This document shows positions 31,253 to 40,696 of a DNA stretch of 64,000 bases, one piece after another. Source of the DNA: Candidatus Marinacidobacterales bacterium (lineage in GTDB: Bacteria; Acidobacteriota; Vicinamibacteria; Marinacidobacterales; SMYC01); the NCBI GenBank assembly GCA_965224085.1, contig CBDCYI010000011.1, positions 512,001 through 576,000 of the forward strand, written 5' to 3'. Within the stretch, counting starts at the first letter, position 1. The number at the start of each line of letters is the position of its first letter. The notes under the pieces are model-generated. The model worked only from the letters and a program-made list of their open reading frames with translations. It searched no databases and had not been told where the DNA came from. Both the position numbers and the translations under genes were made by a program.

Positions 31253-31491
31253 CGAGGCCCCCGTCCCTTGAACAGCTTCATCTGGTTGTTACCGTTGTTT
31301 GAAGAGTGCTCATTCTTGCGACGCTCCTGGTAGCGCTGTATCGCTTCTACGTGCCGTTGCTCCCAGATTCTCCAGCCGCGCCAGTCTCTTTCGGCATCAA
31401 GGAGCTCGGGGACCGGTTTCCCATCTCGCAGCCAGCGGCGCAACGTCGGCTCTGAGATGTCGGTGATAGCCAGCAGTTCCTTCGTCGTCAT
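31249..31491 (-). CDS. Small MerR/excisionase-like HTH DNA-binding protein, first gene of the que operon
   Basis: [24 protein letters not shown]...[10 protein letters not shown]; ATGA overlap with queC; start moved to the ATG downstream of the promoter. Confidence 0.75.
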   Translation of the reverse strand: MTTKELLAITDISEPTLRRWLRDGKPVPELLDAERDWRGWRIWEQRHVEAIQRYQERRKNEHSSNNGNNQMKLFKGRGPR

Positions 31492-31505
31492 GAATCTCGA
31501 CACCG

Positions 31506-31534
31506 TTTATACGTATTAGAGGTATCATTGTCAA
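31506..31534 (-). promoter_or_regulatory. Sigma70-type promoter of the HTH-queCED operon
   Basis: Minus strand TTGACA-17 bp-TATAAA. Confidence 0.75.
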
Positions 31535-31673
31535 GGACTGCCCATTAGAATACCCTTCCCACCGTCACACGAACGCGTGCGGCTCAACTATCGGGTCACT
31601 CGCTGAATACAATACCCTCCCCATAGGGAAATAGGCGAGATCCTGCTTGCTACCGCATGCGTTTCGTGTGACG

Positions 31674-31704
31674 ACTGGCCCGGTGACCAATTCACCGGGC
31701 CAGT
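31674..31704. other. Perfect 13-bp inverted repeat (hairpin)
   Basis: ACTGGCCCGGTGA-ccaat-TCACCGGGCCAGT. Confidence 0.8.
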
Positions 31705-31728
31705 AATCCACGAAAGGACGCTTCGAGA

Positions 31729-31915
31729 ATGCTCATGCGGAGATCAGCATTGTTTCTACTTATAGGTGTATTGGCTGGCTGTGGCGATGAGGGCGATAGT
31801 ACACCAACGTCCCCAGCGCCGGCACCAACCACAACTCGTCAACCAACGCCAAGGCCAGCGCCAGCACCCAGACGCCCAGCCGATATCAGCTTGGCCGGTG
31901 AATACGAATGCACTA
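31729..31915 (+). pseudogene. Lipoprotein with a Pro/Thr-rich linker, truncated by an IS200 end
   Basis: Lipobox LAG-C, then STPTSPAPAPTTT; the reading frame runs into the IS200 right end at 31916. Confidence 0.65.
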
Positions 31916-32170
31916 GTGAACAACCACCGCCTAGAAGGCGGTGGCTTCAAGGGCTGTCAATTGGAAATTGACTGTCGTCGTGAAGAGGCTCGCCATCCTG
32001 GGAGTCTATGTACTCCTTTACCATCTCGTCCGTTATGCTTCCTGAACTCACCGCCAGATATCCTCGGGCCCAGAAGTGCCGGCCCCAAAACTTCTTCCTC
32101 AGGTGAGCAAACTCCTGAAGGAGTACTCGGGAGCTTATTCCTTTTAGCCACTGCACGATCGTACTCAGGT
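31916..32170 (-). mobile_element. tnpA: Partial IS200 copy (3' tnpA plus right end)
   Basis: 255 bp that appear identical by eye to the reverse complement of 55203-55457. Confidence 0.9.
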
Positions 32171-32406
32171 TCGACGAGAAGTACGGGTTCAGGCAAGGAG
32201 AGATAATCGACGACATCGAAAAAGTGTCGGGTAAAATCGACGGGCTGTCGTCAAAGCTCGACGCGATGGGTCACCGGTTCAGCACCCTTGAGCACAATTT
32301 TGGAGTATTCGGTCAGAAGCTAGACCTCATTGGGCCGTAGGACCGAGAAGATGGATAAGCGGCTCGAACGCGTAGAGGACCGGGTCGGTAACATCAAGGT
32401 GAAGCT

Positions 32407-32598
32407 ATGAGACCACCGATGATCATCCCCGAGCGCGACCTGGCCGGCGCCACGCCGGAGAGATTGGCCCGCGCGTTGCTGAGTCCCTTACGACCTCGCC
32501 ATCGAACTGAGCCCGTTCTTGGCGACGAGGTCACGGTAGAGAAGTCGGTGTCCGACAAGCCGAGCGACGGTGTCGAGCATTTGGTCGAGAGTTCCTAG
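32407..32598 (+). CDS. Small ORF convergent with and overlapping the IS1595 transposase 3' end
   Basis: 63-aa ORF with ATPERLARALL; coding status uncertain. Confidence 0.35.
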   Translation: MRPPMIIPERDLAGATPERLARALLSPLRPRHRTEPVLGDEVTVEKSVSDKPSDGVEHLVESS

Positions 32599-33468
32599 GT
32601 CGCGGATGTTGTGCTTCTCAGCGAACTCATTAACGTAGCGTTGTAAGTGCTTGGGGCTCATCTTGTGGAACGCCCCCTTGTGCGCCCGCTTGAGCATCGA
32701 CCAGAAGCTCTCAATCCCGTTGGTGTGCACCATTCCGTTGACGTACTCTTTGACGCTGTGCTTCACCGTCTCGTGATTGGGTAGACCGACATAGCCTCTG
32801 TGGTCGTCGGTGTAGAGCTTCGCGCTAGGATCGACATTCTTCGCGACGAAGCCTTGGAGCGTCGGTTGGTCGGTGTTGCCGATGACCTCGGCGCTGACAC
32901 GGTTCGTCCGGCGGTCCTTCGCGCCGATGACGGCCGTCTTCCCTGCGGATCCTCGGCCCTTAATAGCCTGCTCGCGCTTGTGGGCGTGCTGCATGTTGCG
33001 AGCCTTCCCGCCGAAGAAGGTTTCGTCTACCTCGACAGGCCCGGCGAACGATTTGCCGTTAGGACCGCTCCACGCTTCTCGAATCCGATGGAGCATGAAC
33101 CAAGCCGCGGCCTGTGAGACGCCGATGTCTCGGTGGAGCTTCATGCTCGAGACGCCTTTGAGACTAGTCAAGCAGAGGTAGATGGCGATAACCCATTTGC
33201 GGAGCGCGATCTTAGAATGGGCAATAGGGGTGCCCGTGCGAACGCTGAAGTAGCTCCGGCAGGTGGAGCACCAGTAGGGCATCGGCTTTTCGTTCGGGAC
33301 TTCGCTGGTGCTGAGGCTACCGCAATGTCCGCAGCACCGAGTGCCATGCCAGATTGCAGCCTCGAACCATTTGGTTGCCGCTTCATCGGTCGGGAACATG
33401 TCCATGAGCTGAACAACGGTTATGCCTTCCCGGTGCCCTCGCCCTGGGGAGTTGTATCGCGTCATCAT
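32488..33468 (-). CDS. IS1595-family transposase
   Basis: Zinc ribbon CGHCGS...YWCSTC, GVSSMKLHRD, VEVDETFFGG, YTDDHRGY, HTNGIESFWSMLKR, HLQRYVNEF. Confidence 0.93.
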   Translation of the reverse strand: MMTRYNSPGRGHREGITVVQLMDMFPTDEAATKWFEAAIWHGTRCCGHCGSLSTSEVPNEKPMPYWCSTCRSYFSVRTGTPIAHSKIALRKWVIAIYLCLTSLKGVSSMKLHRDIGVSQAAAWFMLHRIREAWSGPNGKSFAGPVEVDETFFGGKARNMQHAHKREQAIKGRGSAGKTAVIGAKDRRTNRVSAEVIGNTDQPTLQGFVAKNVDPSAKLYTDDHRGYVGLPNHETVKHSVKEYVNGMVHTNGIESFWSMLKRAHKGAFHKMSPKHLQRYVNEFAEKHNIRDLGTLDQMLDTVARLVGHRLLYRDLVAKNGLSSMARS

Positions 33469-33474
33469 GATCGT

Positions 33475-33520
33475 AGAATACACGATCACGGGTGCCTTGT
33501 CAAGCGTTTCTTATAATTCC
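33475..33520 (-). promoter_or_regulatory. IS1595 upstream end with promoter (probably leaderless transposase mRNA)
   Basis: Minus strand GGAATTATAAGAAACGC-TTGACA-17 bp-TATTCT; the ATG begins 7 nt after the -10 box; the opposite IS end was not located. Confidence 0.6.
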
Positions 33521-33529
33521 TAAAATTAG

Positions 33530-33685
33530 GGTATGTAGAGTTCTTTTCCCCGGACGAGCTCGGAGACCCCGGTCACATGCCCGACCATTGCGCGAGGCCA
33601 TCTTGACGGTGCGGACAACCCATTCCTCATCGCGGATGACTACGCGAGCTCCCGGCGCCAAGGTGCGAGCAGCGGAACGAGGCAA
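33530..33685 (-). pseudogene. N-terminal stub of an SNF2/DEAD-box helicase (defence-island type)
   Basis: LAPGARVVIRDEEWVVRTV then, after a frameshift, VTGVSELVRGKE; cut next to the IS1595 end. Confidence 0.6.
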
Positions 33686-34139
33686 GGTGGCGCGGGCGGT
33701 TGAGTCGCCATCGTTAGGACGCCTATCTCATCGCGCGGTGCTGTTAGAGAATGGAGAGTGGTGGGTGCTCCCGCGTAGCGGGAATCGGATGAGCCGCCCC
33801 TGCTCGGGGGGACGGAAGGACCTTGGCTTGGCTGAGGTGTTTGCCAACTTGTCCGTCAGCGGGTCGAGGACGGGTGCTTGCTCCATCTACGGTTGCTGAT
33901 CCGCCCTATCCCCTTGAGAACGTGTTTCTTATGACCTTTTTTCCGTGACCTGAAGTTAACGGTGCCAAAATCGGCCGTAATCAATTGCGTCAGAGAGACT
34001 TGACTGCGTTTTGCAACACTAGATGACGGAAGCACCCGGCCGCCCGCATCTTGAATGTCTTTGACGACTTTCCCGAGGCGCGCGAGTCGCTCCTCACGCT
34101 CGGCGAGGTTTTGACGGTTGCACTCGACGGCAGCTTTCG

Positions 34140-34288
34140 TCCTTGCGATCGTTTGACCGTCGGGCGAGAGCGCGAGCGCCATGTTTGTGCCCTCGCGGAG
34201 CGTGACCTCGATGACGTCCTGCGCGGCACCAAGCTCGGGCGCGAGCGGGCAGCACGGCCAACAGAAAGAAAGATCCGAGCCTTTTCAT
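34140..34288 (-). pseudogene. N-terminal stub of a PD40/TolB-repeat protein (amidohydrolase type)
   Basis: Signal MKRLGSFFLLAVL, frameshift, then QDVIEVTLREGTNMALALSPDGQTIA. Confidence 0.5.
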
Positions 34289-34296
34289 GGTCAGCC

Positions 34297-36306
34297 TTAC
34301 GGGCGCCCGTTGAAATGTGTCTGATACCAATCGATGCTGCGCTCGACGACGTCCACTTGGTGCGCGAGCTCACGGATGCCGTGGCCTTCTCGTGGGTAGC
34401 GCACCATGACTGTTTCGACGCCGACATCGTGGAGCGCAACATAGAACTGCTCCGCCTCTGCGATGGGCACATCGTTGTCGTTCTCGCCATGCAGAAACAT
34501 GACAGGCGTGCGCACGCGGCCGACATGTTTCAACGGTGAGCGCTCCCACAGACGATCCATGAGATCGTCTTGATGCGGGAAGGCGCCGTATTCGACCGCA
34601 AGATAGTCGTGGTAATAGGCCATGTAGTTGAAGCTAATGAGATTGGAGATGCCCGAGCGTGGAATGGCCGCCTTGAACATGTCTGTCTGCGTAATGATCC
34701 AATTGGTCAGCTGCCCCCCGTAGCTTCCGCCTTCGAGACCGAGACGCTCGCGGTCAACGAACGCGTAGCGGCGGAGCACCGCCTGCACGGCGTAAATCAC
34801 GTCCTTTGCTTCTCCGCCGTTCTGGTCAGAAAAGATCGCGTCCGCGAACGCTTGGCCATAGCCCGTCGAGCCGCGATAGTTCACTTGAAGTGTGGCCCAC
34901 CCTTTCGCGGCAAAGACCTGCGCTTTGTGGTTGAGGTGCGGTCCGCTCTGGCTGTGAGGTCCGCCTTTCAACACCGTCACGAGAGGATGCCGACTACCCG
35001 GCTTTCGATTCAAAGGCAGCGTGAGAAAACCCTCGACGGCCATCCCGTCGAAGCTCTGATATTGGAGCGAGACGGTCTCGGCGAGCTCGCGCTCCGCCAA
35101 CAGAGCTCGGTTGGAATCGCTGAGTTTGTCCGAGCCGAGATAGAGCTGAGGGAGGTCGTCCTCCCCGTGAAAAACATAGGCGACTTCACCATCAGGGCCG
35201 ATCGAGAATCCTCGGACGCGGCCCCGCTTTTGGATGACGGGCTCGCCTTCGCCACCCGACGATTTCAGTGGCACGCGATAGAGCGCCACGCTCCCTCGCT
35301 CCTGCACGGTGAAATAGACAGTCGTCCCATCGGGCGACCATTGCGGCGCGCCTTGACGGTTGTCGATCGTTGCGAGCTCGTGCCGGTTGCTGCCATCCGC
35401 GTCCATGACCCAGATATGCGTGTCCTCCATCGTCGTCTCGGAGCTCGTGAGACCGCGCGTCGTCCCTTGATAGGCGATCTTGGTCCCGTCCGGAGACCAT
35501 CGTGGCCGGTATTCCGCATTTTCCGTGCGGGTCAGTCTTCGAGTCTCGCCGTCGCCGCCGATGCCGACCGTGAAGATGTCGTAGTTGAAGAAACGATCGG
35601 GATCGGCCTCGCGGTTCGAAATGAACAGCACTTCGTCACCCTTGGGCGAGAAGCTGAGCGAGTGCTCGTAGAAGTGGCCTTCGGTGAGCTTCTGTACCGA
35701 GCCACCTAAAGCGCTCACGAAGAAGATATGGGTACGGCGATTGTCGTTGAAGCGCGTGTCCCCGGTCGACGCCGTCGGCTTGTAGAGATAACGGCGGATC
35801 ACGACAGGGTCACCCGTCTCATCAGCGCTCTCGGGACCGGGCTCGGACGACATGAAGGCAATGGAGCTTGAGTCCGGCGACCACGCGAGTCGCTCTCCCG
35901 AAGATGGCAACGGATGATTCGTTCCCGAGACGGGCGCGAGAAAGCGCTCGCTCCCTCCGGAAGCGTCAGTGACGATCAGCCCGAAACGTCCGCCGTCCAC
36001 ACCGAGAAGCGCGACTTTCGATCCGTCTGGAGACCAGCGAGCATGGATTCCGCCTTCTCCGGATTGGCGAAAAACCCGCGAGCGCTTCGACGCCAGATCG
36101 TAGAGCATGAGATTCGAAGTCGCCCGGTAAGGGCCGCTCGGGTCCGTCTCGGTATAGAGGATGGCCTTCCCATCGGCACGAAGAGCGACGTCACCGACGG
36201 AGCGAAGCGCGTGAAGATCTTCAGGCATCATCCCCGTCCTCTGCGCGAAAGCCGTGGAAACTGCCAACAAGGAAACGAGCAAGAGTCGTATCAATACTCT
36301 AATCAC
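34297..36306 (-). CDS. S9 family acylaminoacyl-peptidase-like peptidase
   Basis: Signal peptide, WSPDG repeats, NYRGSTGYG, GGSYGG, NDND, REGHG. Confidence 0.92.
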   Translation of the reverse strand: MIRVLIRLLLVSLLAVSTAFAQRTGMMPEDLHALRSVGDVALRADGKAILYTETDPSGPYRATSNLMLYDLASKRSRVFRQSGEGGIHARWSPDGSKVALLGVDGGRFGLIVTDASGGSERFLAPVSGTNHPLPSSGERLAWSPDSSSIAFMSSEPGPESADETGDPVVIRRYLYKPTASTGDTRFNDNRRTHIFFVSALGGSVQKLTEGHFYEHSLSFSPKGDEVLFISNREADPDRFFNYDIFTVGIGGDGETRRLTRTENAEYRPRWSPDGTKIAYQGTTRGLTSSETTMEDTHIWVMDADGSNRHELATIDNRQGAPQWSPDGTTVYFTVQERGSVALYRVPLKSSGGEGEPVIQKRGRVRGFSIGPDGEVAYVFHGEDDLPQLYLGSDKLSDSNRALLAERELAETVSLQYQSFDGMAVEGFLTLPLNRKPGSRHPLVTVLKGGPHSQSGPHLNHKAQVFAAKGWATLQVNYRGSTGYGQAFADAIFSDQNGGEAKDVIYAVQAVLRRYAFVDRERLGLEGGSYGGQLTNWIITQTDMFKAAIPRSGISNLISFNYMAYYHDYLAVEYGAFPHQDDLMDRLWERSPLKHVGRVRTPVMFLHGENDNDVPIAEAEQFYVALHDVGVETVMVRYPREGHGIRELAHQVDVVERSIDWYQTHFNGRP

Positions 36307-36559
36307 TTTCAGACCTTTATCGATTTCAGATAAAACAGCAGAAGGGGCGAAAGCTCCGGAACGATATCATCCAAATCGACCAAAGTCTTCTTTCGGCCGA
36401 CCAAAAGAGTTGCATCAAGGACCACGGATGGAAGATCATGCGTCTTTCCGAGGGCACCCTACAGGTGGAGTTCAGAGATGCGAAAACAGTTTCCGAGCGC
36501 GATGATTCGCGATCGCGGCCGTCGTCTCTTTTTACTCGTTCGCGACAACCCGAGGAGCC

Positions 36560-36700
36560 GTTCAGGAAGCGGGTTACCGGGCGCCACGGACGGCGGACGG
36601 TAAACCCGACCTGAACGGGATCTGGCAAGCTATCGGCTCGGCCCATTGGGACGTCGAACCGCATGCCGCGCGCATGGGACCCGTCGTCGAGCTTCGCTAC
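36560..36700 (+). pseudogene. Stub of a secreted hypothetical protein
   Basis: YRAPRTADGKPDLNGIWQAIGSAHWDVEPH; rest of the gene absent. Confidence 0.5.
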
Positions 36701-36872
36701 TTCGTACTATCGACCTCAAAACGCGCCGAGTCCAGATCGCGGGTACCAGCCATCATCCCTACGATGAACGGATGAGGCAGATGGCGTGAAACTTGGCGGA
36801 TGTCCAACGTCGAACTTCGCACGGTTACACTCAGAGCAATTTTGCTTAAACTTAAAAGTAGCGGCAATCGGG

Positions 36873-38309
36873 TCAGGGACTCTCTGTCAACGTGCTGATA
36901 ATAGGGCTAAGCGGCAGAGAATCCAGGTTTACCGGCTTGCCGTCCTTTATCACCATATTGATACTACGGTAGTTCTCTGCGTTTTCGAGTGGGTTGTTAT
37001 CAAGAATGACCAGATCGGCAATCTTGCCCTTCTCGAGTGTGCCGATATCGGCCTCTTTCTTGTAGGCCTTGGCAACGTTGCTGGTGGCCGACTTCAATAT
37101 CTCCATCGGCATCATGCCCATCTCCTGCAATGCTTTCAGTGCATTGAAATGGCCCTCTCCCAGCGATGTGCGCGGATCTACCTTGACAGCGCGCCTTCCT
37201 TCTGCCTCAGCGGCCAAAACAGGGTTTCTAATGCCGGCGTCGGTGGACATCAGCAAGACAACCCCCCCCTTGATCATGTTGCGGTGATTCACGTTCATGA
37301 TCTTTTGGAATTTGACAAAATAGTGATCCGGGTCCTTTTCAAGAAGCGCATCGAGACGCCGCTGTGTTATCGGCAAAATCGAACAGGGAATCTGGTGGTC
37401 GGCCATCTTCTTTATAGTCTCTTCCGGGATAGGTGTCGTCATTCCTGACACACCGCAGTGTGTCAAAATATCGATCCCGGCTTCAATGGCCATATCCAGG
37501 CTTTCCACTGATGAGGTATGGGTCTGTGCGGTGATTCCTGCTTTGTGGGCTTCCTCGATAATCACCTTCTGCACCCGCGGAGAGAAGGAAATAAAGCGCA
37601 TTTGGAGGCCGGCGTGACCACTGGCTCCATATTTCAGAAGATCTATATCCATCTTGACGTAATCGCGGATCTCCTTGCGGACCTCCTCCGGCCCCATAAA
37701 CAGCAGATCCTGGCCGGTATTCTCTTCCCATATGGCATTGATCCGCTTGGCAAAAGCCTTACTCACAAATTCGGCTGACTCCCCTCTGAAGTCCGAGGAC
37801 AGAGGACCGCCATAACCAACAATGTTGCCGGCCAAGTAGATGCGGCTGCCTGGAACCTCACCTTTGTTGATCATTTCACGGGCTTTGACTAGGGGTCCGC
37901 GAGGCCCCCAAGTGTCGAAAACCGTAGTTTGGCCCGTTTTGAGAGCAATTTGTGCGGCTTCGACAATAATTTCATCATAGCGTCCCTCATATTTGATGAG
38001 GGTTTCCAGGTCGCCGTTAAGATACAGGTGGAGATTGGCATCCATCAGGCCGGGTATCACGTATTTGCCTTGCGCATCGATTCTCCTCGCCGCGCTCGGC
38101 ATATCAACATCTGTGGATTTGCCAACCGCAGTGATCCGGCCGTCGGCAAAAAGAACAGTGCCGTTTTCAATGGGATCGCTGCCAGTACCGTCAATGATGG
38201 TAGCTCCGGTAATGGCAATGGTTTCCGCTTGCGCCAAAGAGGACCGGGCCAGAGCGATATGGATGAAAGTAAATCCCAAGAATACTGTTATGCGCTTGAA
38301 GCTTGACAT
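36873..38309 (-). CDS. Exported amidohydrolase, NxH variant (array member 1)
   Basis: IDGTG, PGLMDANLH, LLKYG, QTH, THC, STDA, GKIADLVILD; signal peptide. Confidence 0.9.
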   Translation of the reverse strand: MSSFKRITVFLGFTFIHIALARSSLAQAETIAITGATIIDGTGSDPIENGTVLFADGRITAVGKSTDVDMPSAARRIDAQGKYVIPGLMDANLHLYLNGDLETLIKYEGRYDEIIVEAAQIALKTGQTTVFDTWGPRGPLVKAREMINKGEVPGSRIYLAGNIVGYGGPLSSDFRGESAEFVSKAFAKRINAIWEENTGQDLLFMGPEEVRKEIRDYVKMDIDLLKYGASGHAGLQMRFISFSPRVQKVIIEEAHKAGITAQTHTSSVESLDMAIEAGIDILTHCGVSGMTTPIPEETIKKMADHQIPCSILPITQRRLDALLEKDPDHYFVKFQKIMNVNHRNMIKGGVVLLMSTDAGIRNPVLAAEAEGRRAVKVDPRTSLGEGHFNALKALQEMGMMPMEILKSATSNVAKAYKKEADIGTLEKGKIADLVILDNNPLENAENYRSINMVIKDGKPVNLDSLPLSPIISTLTESP

Positions 38310-38744
38310 TTCATCTCCCAGTAGTCAGTGTGATCGCGAAGTATAAATCAGACTTTCTCTGAAAGCCACACGCCTGCGGAACCCTGATAAATTGGTGATT
38401 GCGGCATCGCACGTGAAGATGGACAACCAGCCGAACGAAGACCTGAAGGACGGAGGCTTTCCTCCAATCCCGCTGGAACGGACGACGAAGAAGGGGCTTC
38501 GCACGAGGACATTTCCATGGCCGGTAGCGAGCCCGACAGCGCGGCCTCTTAATTGGCAGCTGCTCGATCCCTGGCGATCAGACCCACGGGCTATTTCCGC
38601 CGGCTTCAGCGGCTCGTTCGTTCAGTAGGGCCACGGAGCTTCCGGGTCGAAGCGCTGGACACGAATCGTGGGAAGGGCCTCGCGGTCGCTGACCCGCGTC
38701 TGAGTAACCCCGTTCACGGGTTTCACCGTTCATATTAATTTCAT

Positions 38745-38812
38745 ATGAATAATGATGAACCACAACCTACCTGGTCGAACGACGGACGCTGGATCTATTT
38801 TGGCTCCGCCCG
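38745..38812 (+). pseudogene. Single PD40 (TolB-like) repeat stub
   Basis: PQPTWSNDGRWIYFGSAR. Confidence 0.45.
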
Positions 38813-38845
38813 ATTCCTTCAACGTTGGTCAGGCCCGGAAAGATA

Positions 38846-39133
38846 TCAGCGCCGGGGCCGAAACATCGTGGCAGGTTCTGCCCATTGCGGTACCTCCTGC
38901 GCTCGGACCGCCCGTAGATTCTCGAGAGAGCGTTCGAGAGCCTCTCTGACCTCGGAGATCTGTTCCTCGTCGAACTTCTGGTCAGTAAAGGCGAGGAAAG
39001 CCTTCACGGACTCCTCCGAAAGCGCCCCCTCTTGCTCTACCTCCGCGCACATCGCGTTCAGGAGAGCGGTTCCTGCCACGCCAGCACCGCTGACGATCTT
39101 GGTGAACTGCCTTCGGCTGATCAGTTCGGTCAT
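38846..39133 (-). CDS. Small Tat-signal protein, GatC/AtzG-like putative amidase partner
   Basis: SRRQFTK twin-arginine motif, helical body, C-terminal EPATMFRP; GGAGG RBS; directly downstream of the amidase. Confidence 0.7.
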   Translation of the reverse strand: MTELISRRQFTKIVSGAGVAGTALLNAMCAEVEQEGALSEESVKAFLAFTDQKFDEEQISEVREALERSLENLRAVRAQEVPQWAEPATMFRPRR

Positions 39134-39163
39134 GAGCGTTCCTCCAAACGATTCGTTCAAGGA

Positions 39164-40579
39164 TTAGTTCAAGGACGGGTGCCGTTGGTGCCATTTGGTG
39201 GCCTGTTCGTAAGCATGCGCGAGCTGAAGGATTCCACCCTCGTCGAACACGGCACCGACAAACTGGATTCCCACGGGCAGCCCTGCTGTTGTGAAGCCAC
39301 AAGGAACGGAGATGGACGGGGCGCCCACGAGGTTCGAGAAAGGACTGATCCTGGGCCGCGGCCTACCGCTTGGATCCTCTGGGTCGCCGCCTCGCGTGCG
39401 ATAGATCGTTTCGGGGGTCTCCGGTGCATCCGCCTCCCATGCTGTTGCCATCCAACTGGGCGCCACGAGCGCAGCATACTGCTGGAACAGCTCGCTGGCG
39501 TAGCGCATCATCTCGCCGCGAATCCTCTGCATCTTCAGATAATCGGTTGCAGGGATCATACGCGCGGCAGCCCATCGGGCGACCCGGTCCTTTCTGAGCA
39601 ACTCGTTGACTTTCGGAGAGTCGATGAGCGGCTCCCAAAAGCTGGCACCTTCGATACTGCCCAAACGTGAAACCTCCCGATAAGGAAGATCTGCCAGCTC
39701 CACATCTTCGAGAATGAGGTCGAGGTTTTCGAGCATCTCCAAGGACGCATTGAGAATTCCCCTCATCTCTGGATCTTCTGGCATGTCGAACTCGTCGCGG
39801 AGCACTGCAATCTTCTTTCCTTCGACGGGCGCTTTCGGTCGAAACTCAAACGGAGCGTCCACTGCTGTCGGATCGAGAGCGTCGGCTCCCATCACGTGCC
39901 CCAGCACAGTGGCGCAGTCTTCGACGTACCGACACATTGGCCCGGGCTTGTCCAGCGTCCAGCTGGCCACCATTATCCCGTGTCGACTTATGCGCCCGTA
40001 AGTGGGGCGCAGTCCAACGATTCCATTGACACTGGCTGGGGAGATGATCGAGCCTCCGGTTTCCGTCCCCAGGGAGAAGGCAGCCATGCCCGCGGCTATC
40101 GCCGCGCCAGGCCCGGCCGAGGAGCCGCTGCTGGAACGGCTGGTATCCCAGGGGCACCGGGTCGTGCCGCCGAACCACTTTGCACCTCCGGCTAACTCAC
40201 CTGTGGAAAGCTTCGCTATGAGGACGGCCCCAGCATCGTGAAGTGTCCGCACCACGGTAGCGTCATAGTCGAAGACCTGGCCCCGAAAGGCGGGCGAGCC
40301 CCATTGGGTAGGTATGCCGTCGGTGGCAAACAGGTCCTTGACTCCCCACGGGATCCCGTGGAGCGGTCCTCTGTAGTCGCCCTTCATGATCTCCGCTTCG
40401 GCAGCGCGGGCCTGCTCCATGGCCAAGTCTTCGGTGAACGTAACAACCGCGAAGAGCTGTGGCTCGAGCTTCTTTGCCCGCTCGATATAGGCGCGGGTCA
40501 GCTCAACCGGAGAGATCTCCCGCGCACGAATCATCGCGCCCAATTCGCCGATCGACTTAAAAAGGATGTCCTCGTTCAT
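39164..40579 (-). CDS. Amidase-signature family enzyme (GatA-like)
   Basis: GPLHGIPWGVKD, SSGSSAG, GTETGGSII (Ser-cisSer-Lys); no signal peptide. Confidence 0.92.
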   Translation of the reverse strand: MNEDILFKSIGELGAMIRAREISPVELTRAYIERAKKLEPQLFAVVTFTEDLAMEQARAAEAEIMKGDYRGPLHGIPWGVKDLFATDGIPTQWGSPAFRGQVFDYDATVVRTLHDAGAVLIAKLSTGELAGGAKWFGGTTRCPWDTSRSSSGSSAGPGAAIAAGMAAFSLGTETGGSIISPASVNGIVGLRPTYGRISRHGIMVASWTLDKPGPMCRYVEDCATVLGHVMGADALDPTAVDAPFEFRPKAPVEGKKIAVLRDEFDMPEDPEMRGILNASLEMLENLDLILEDVELADLPYREVSRLGSIEGASFWEPLIDSPKVNELLRKDRVARWAAARMIPATDYLKMQRIRGEMMRYASELFQQYAALVAPSWMATAWEADAPETPETIYRTRGGDPEDPSGRPRPRISPFSNLVGAPSISVPCGFTTAGLPVGIQFVGAVFDEGGILQLAHAYEQATKWHQRHPSLN

Positions 40580-40696
40580 GAACCTCTCCGTTTCAGCGGA
40601 GACCATAGAGGCCTCGATGGCACTTCGCCCGTCCCGTTTGGCGCAGTTTCGCAATACCGCAGTAACGAAGTACTTGTCAAATGCGACCCTGTTCAG

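Noticed and set aside
31490-31720. preQ1 riboswitch upstream of queC
   Set aside because: No AGAGGTTCTAG-type stem or A-rich tail, and the promoter leaves almost no leader.
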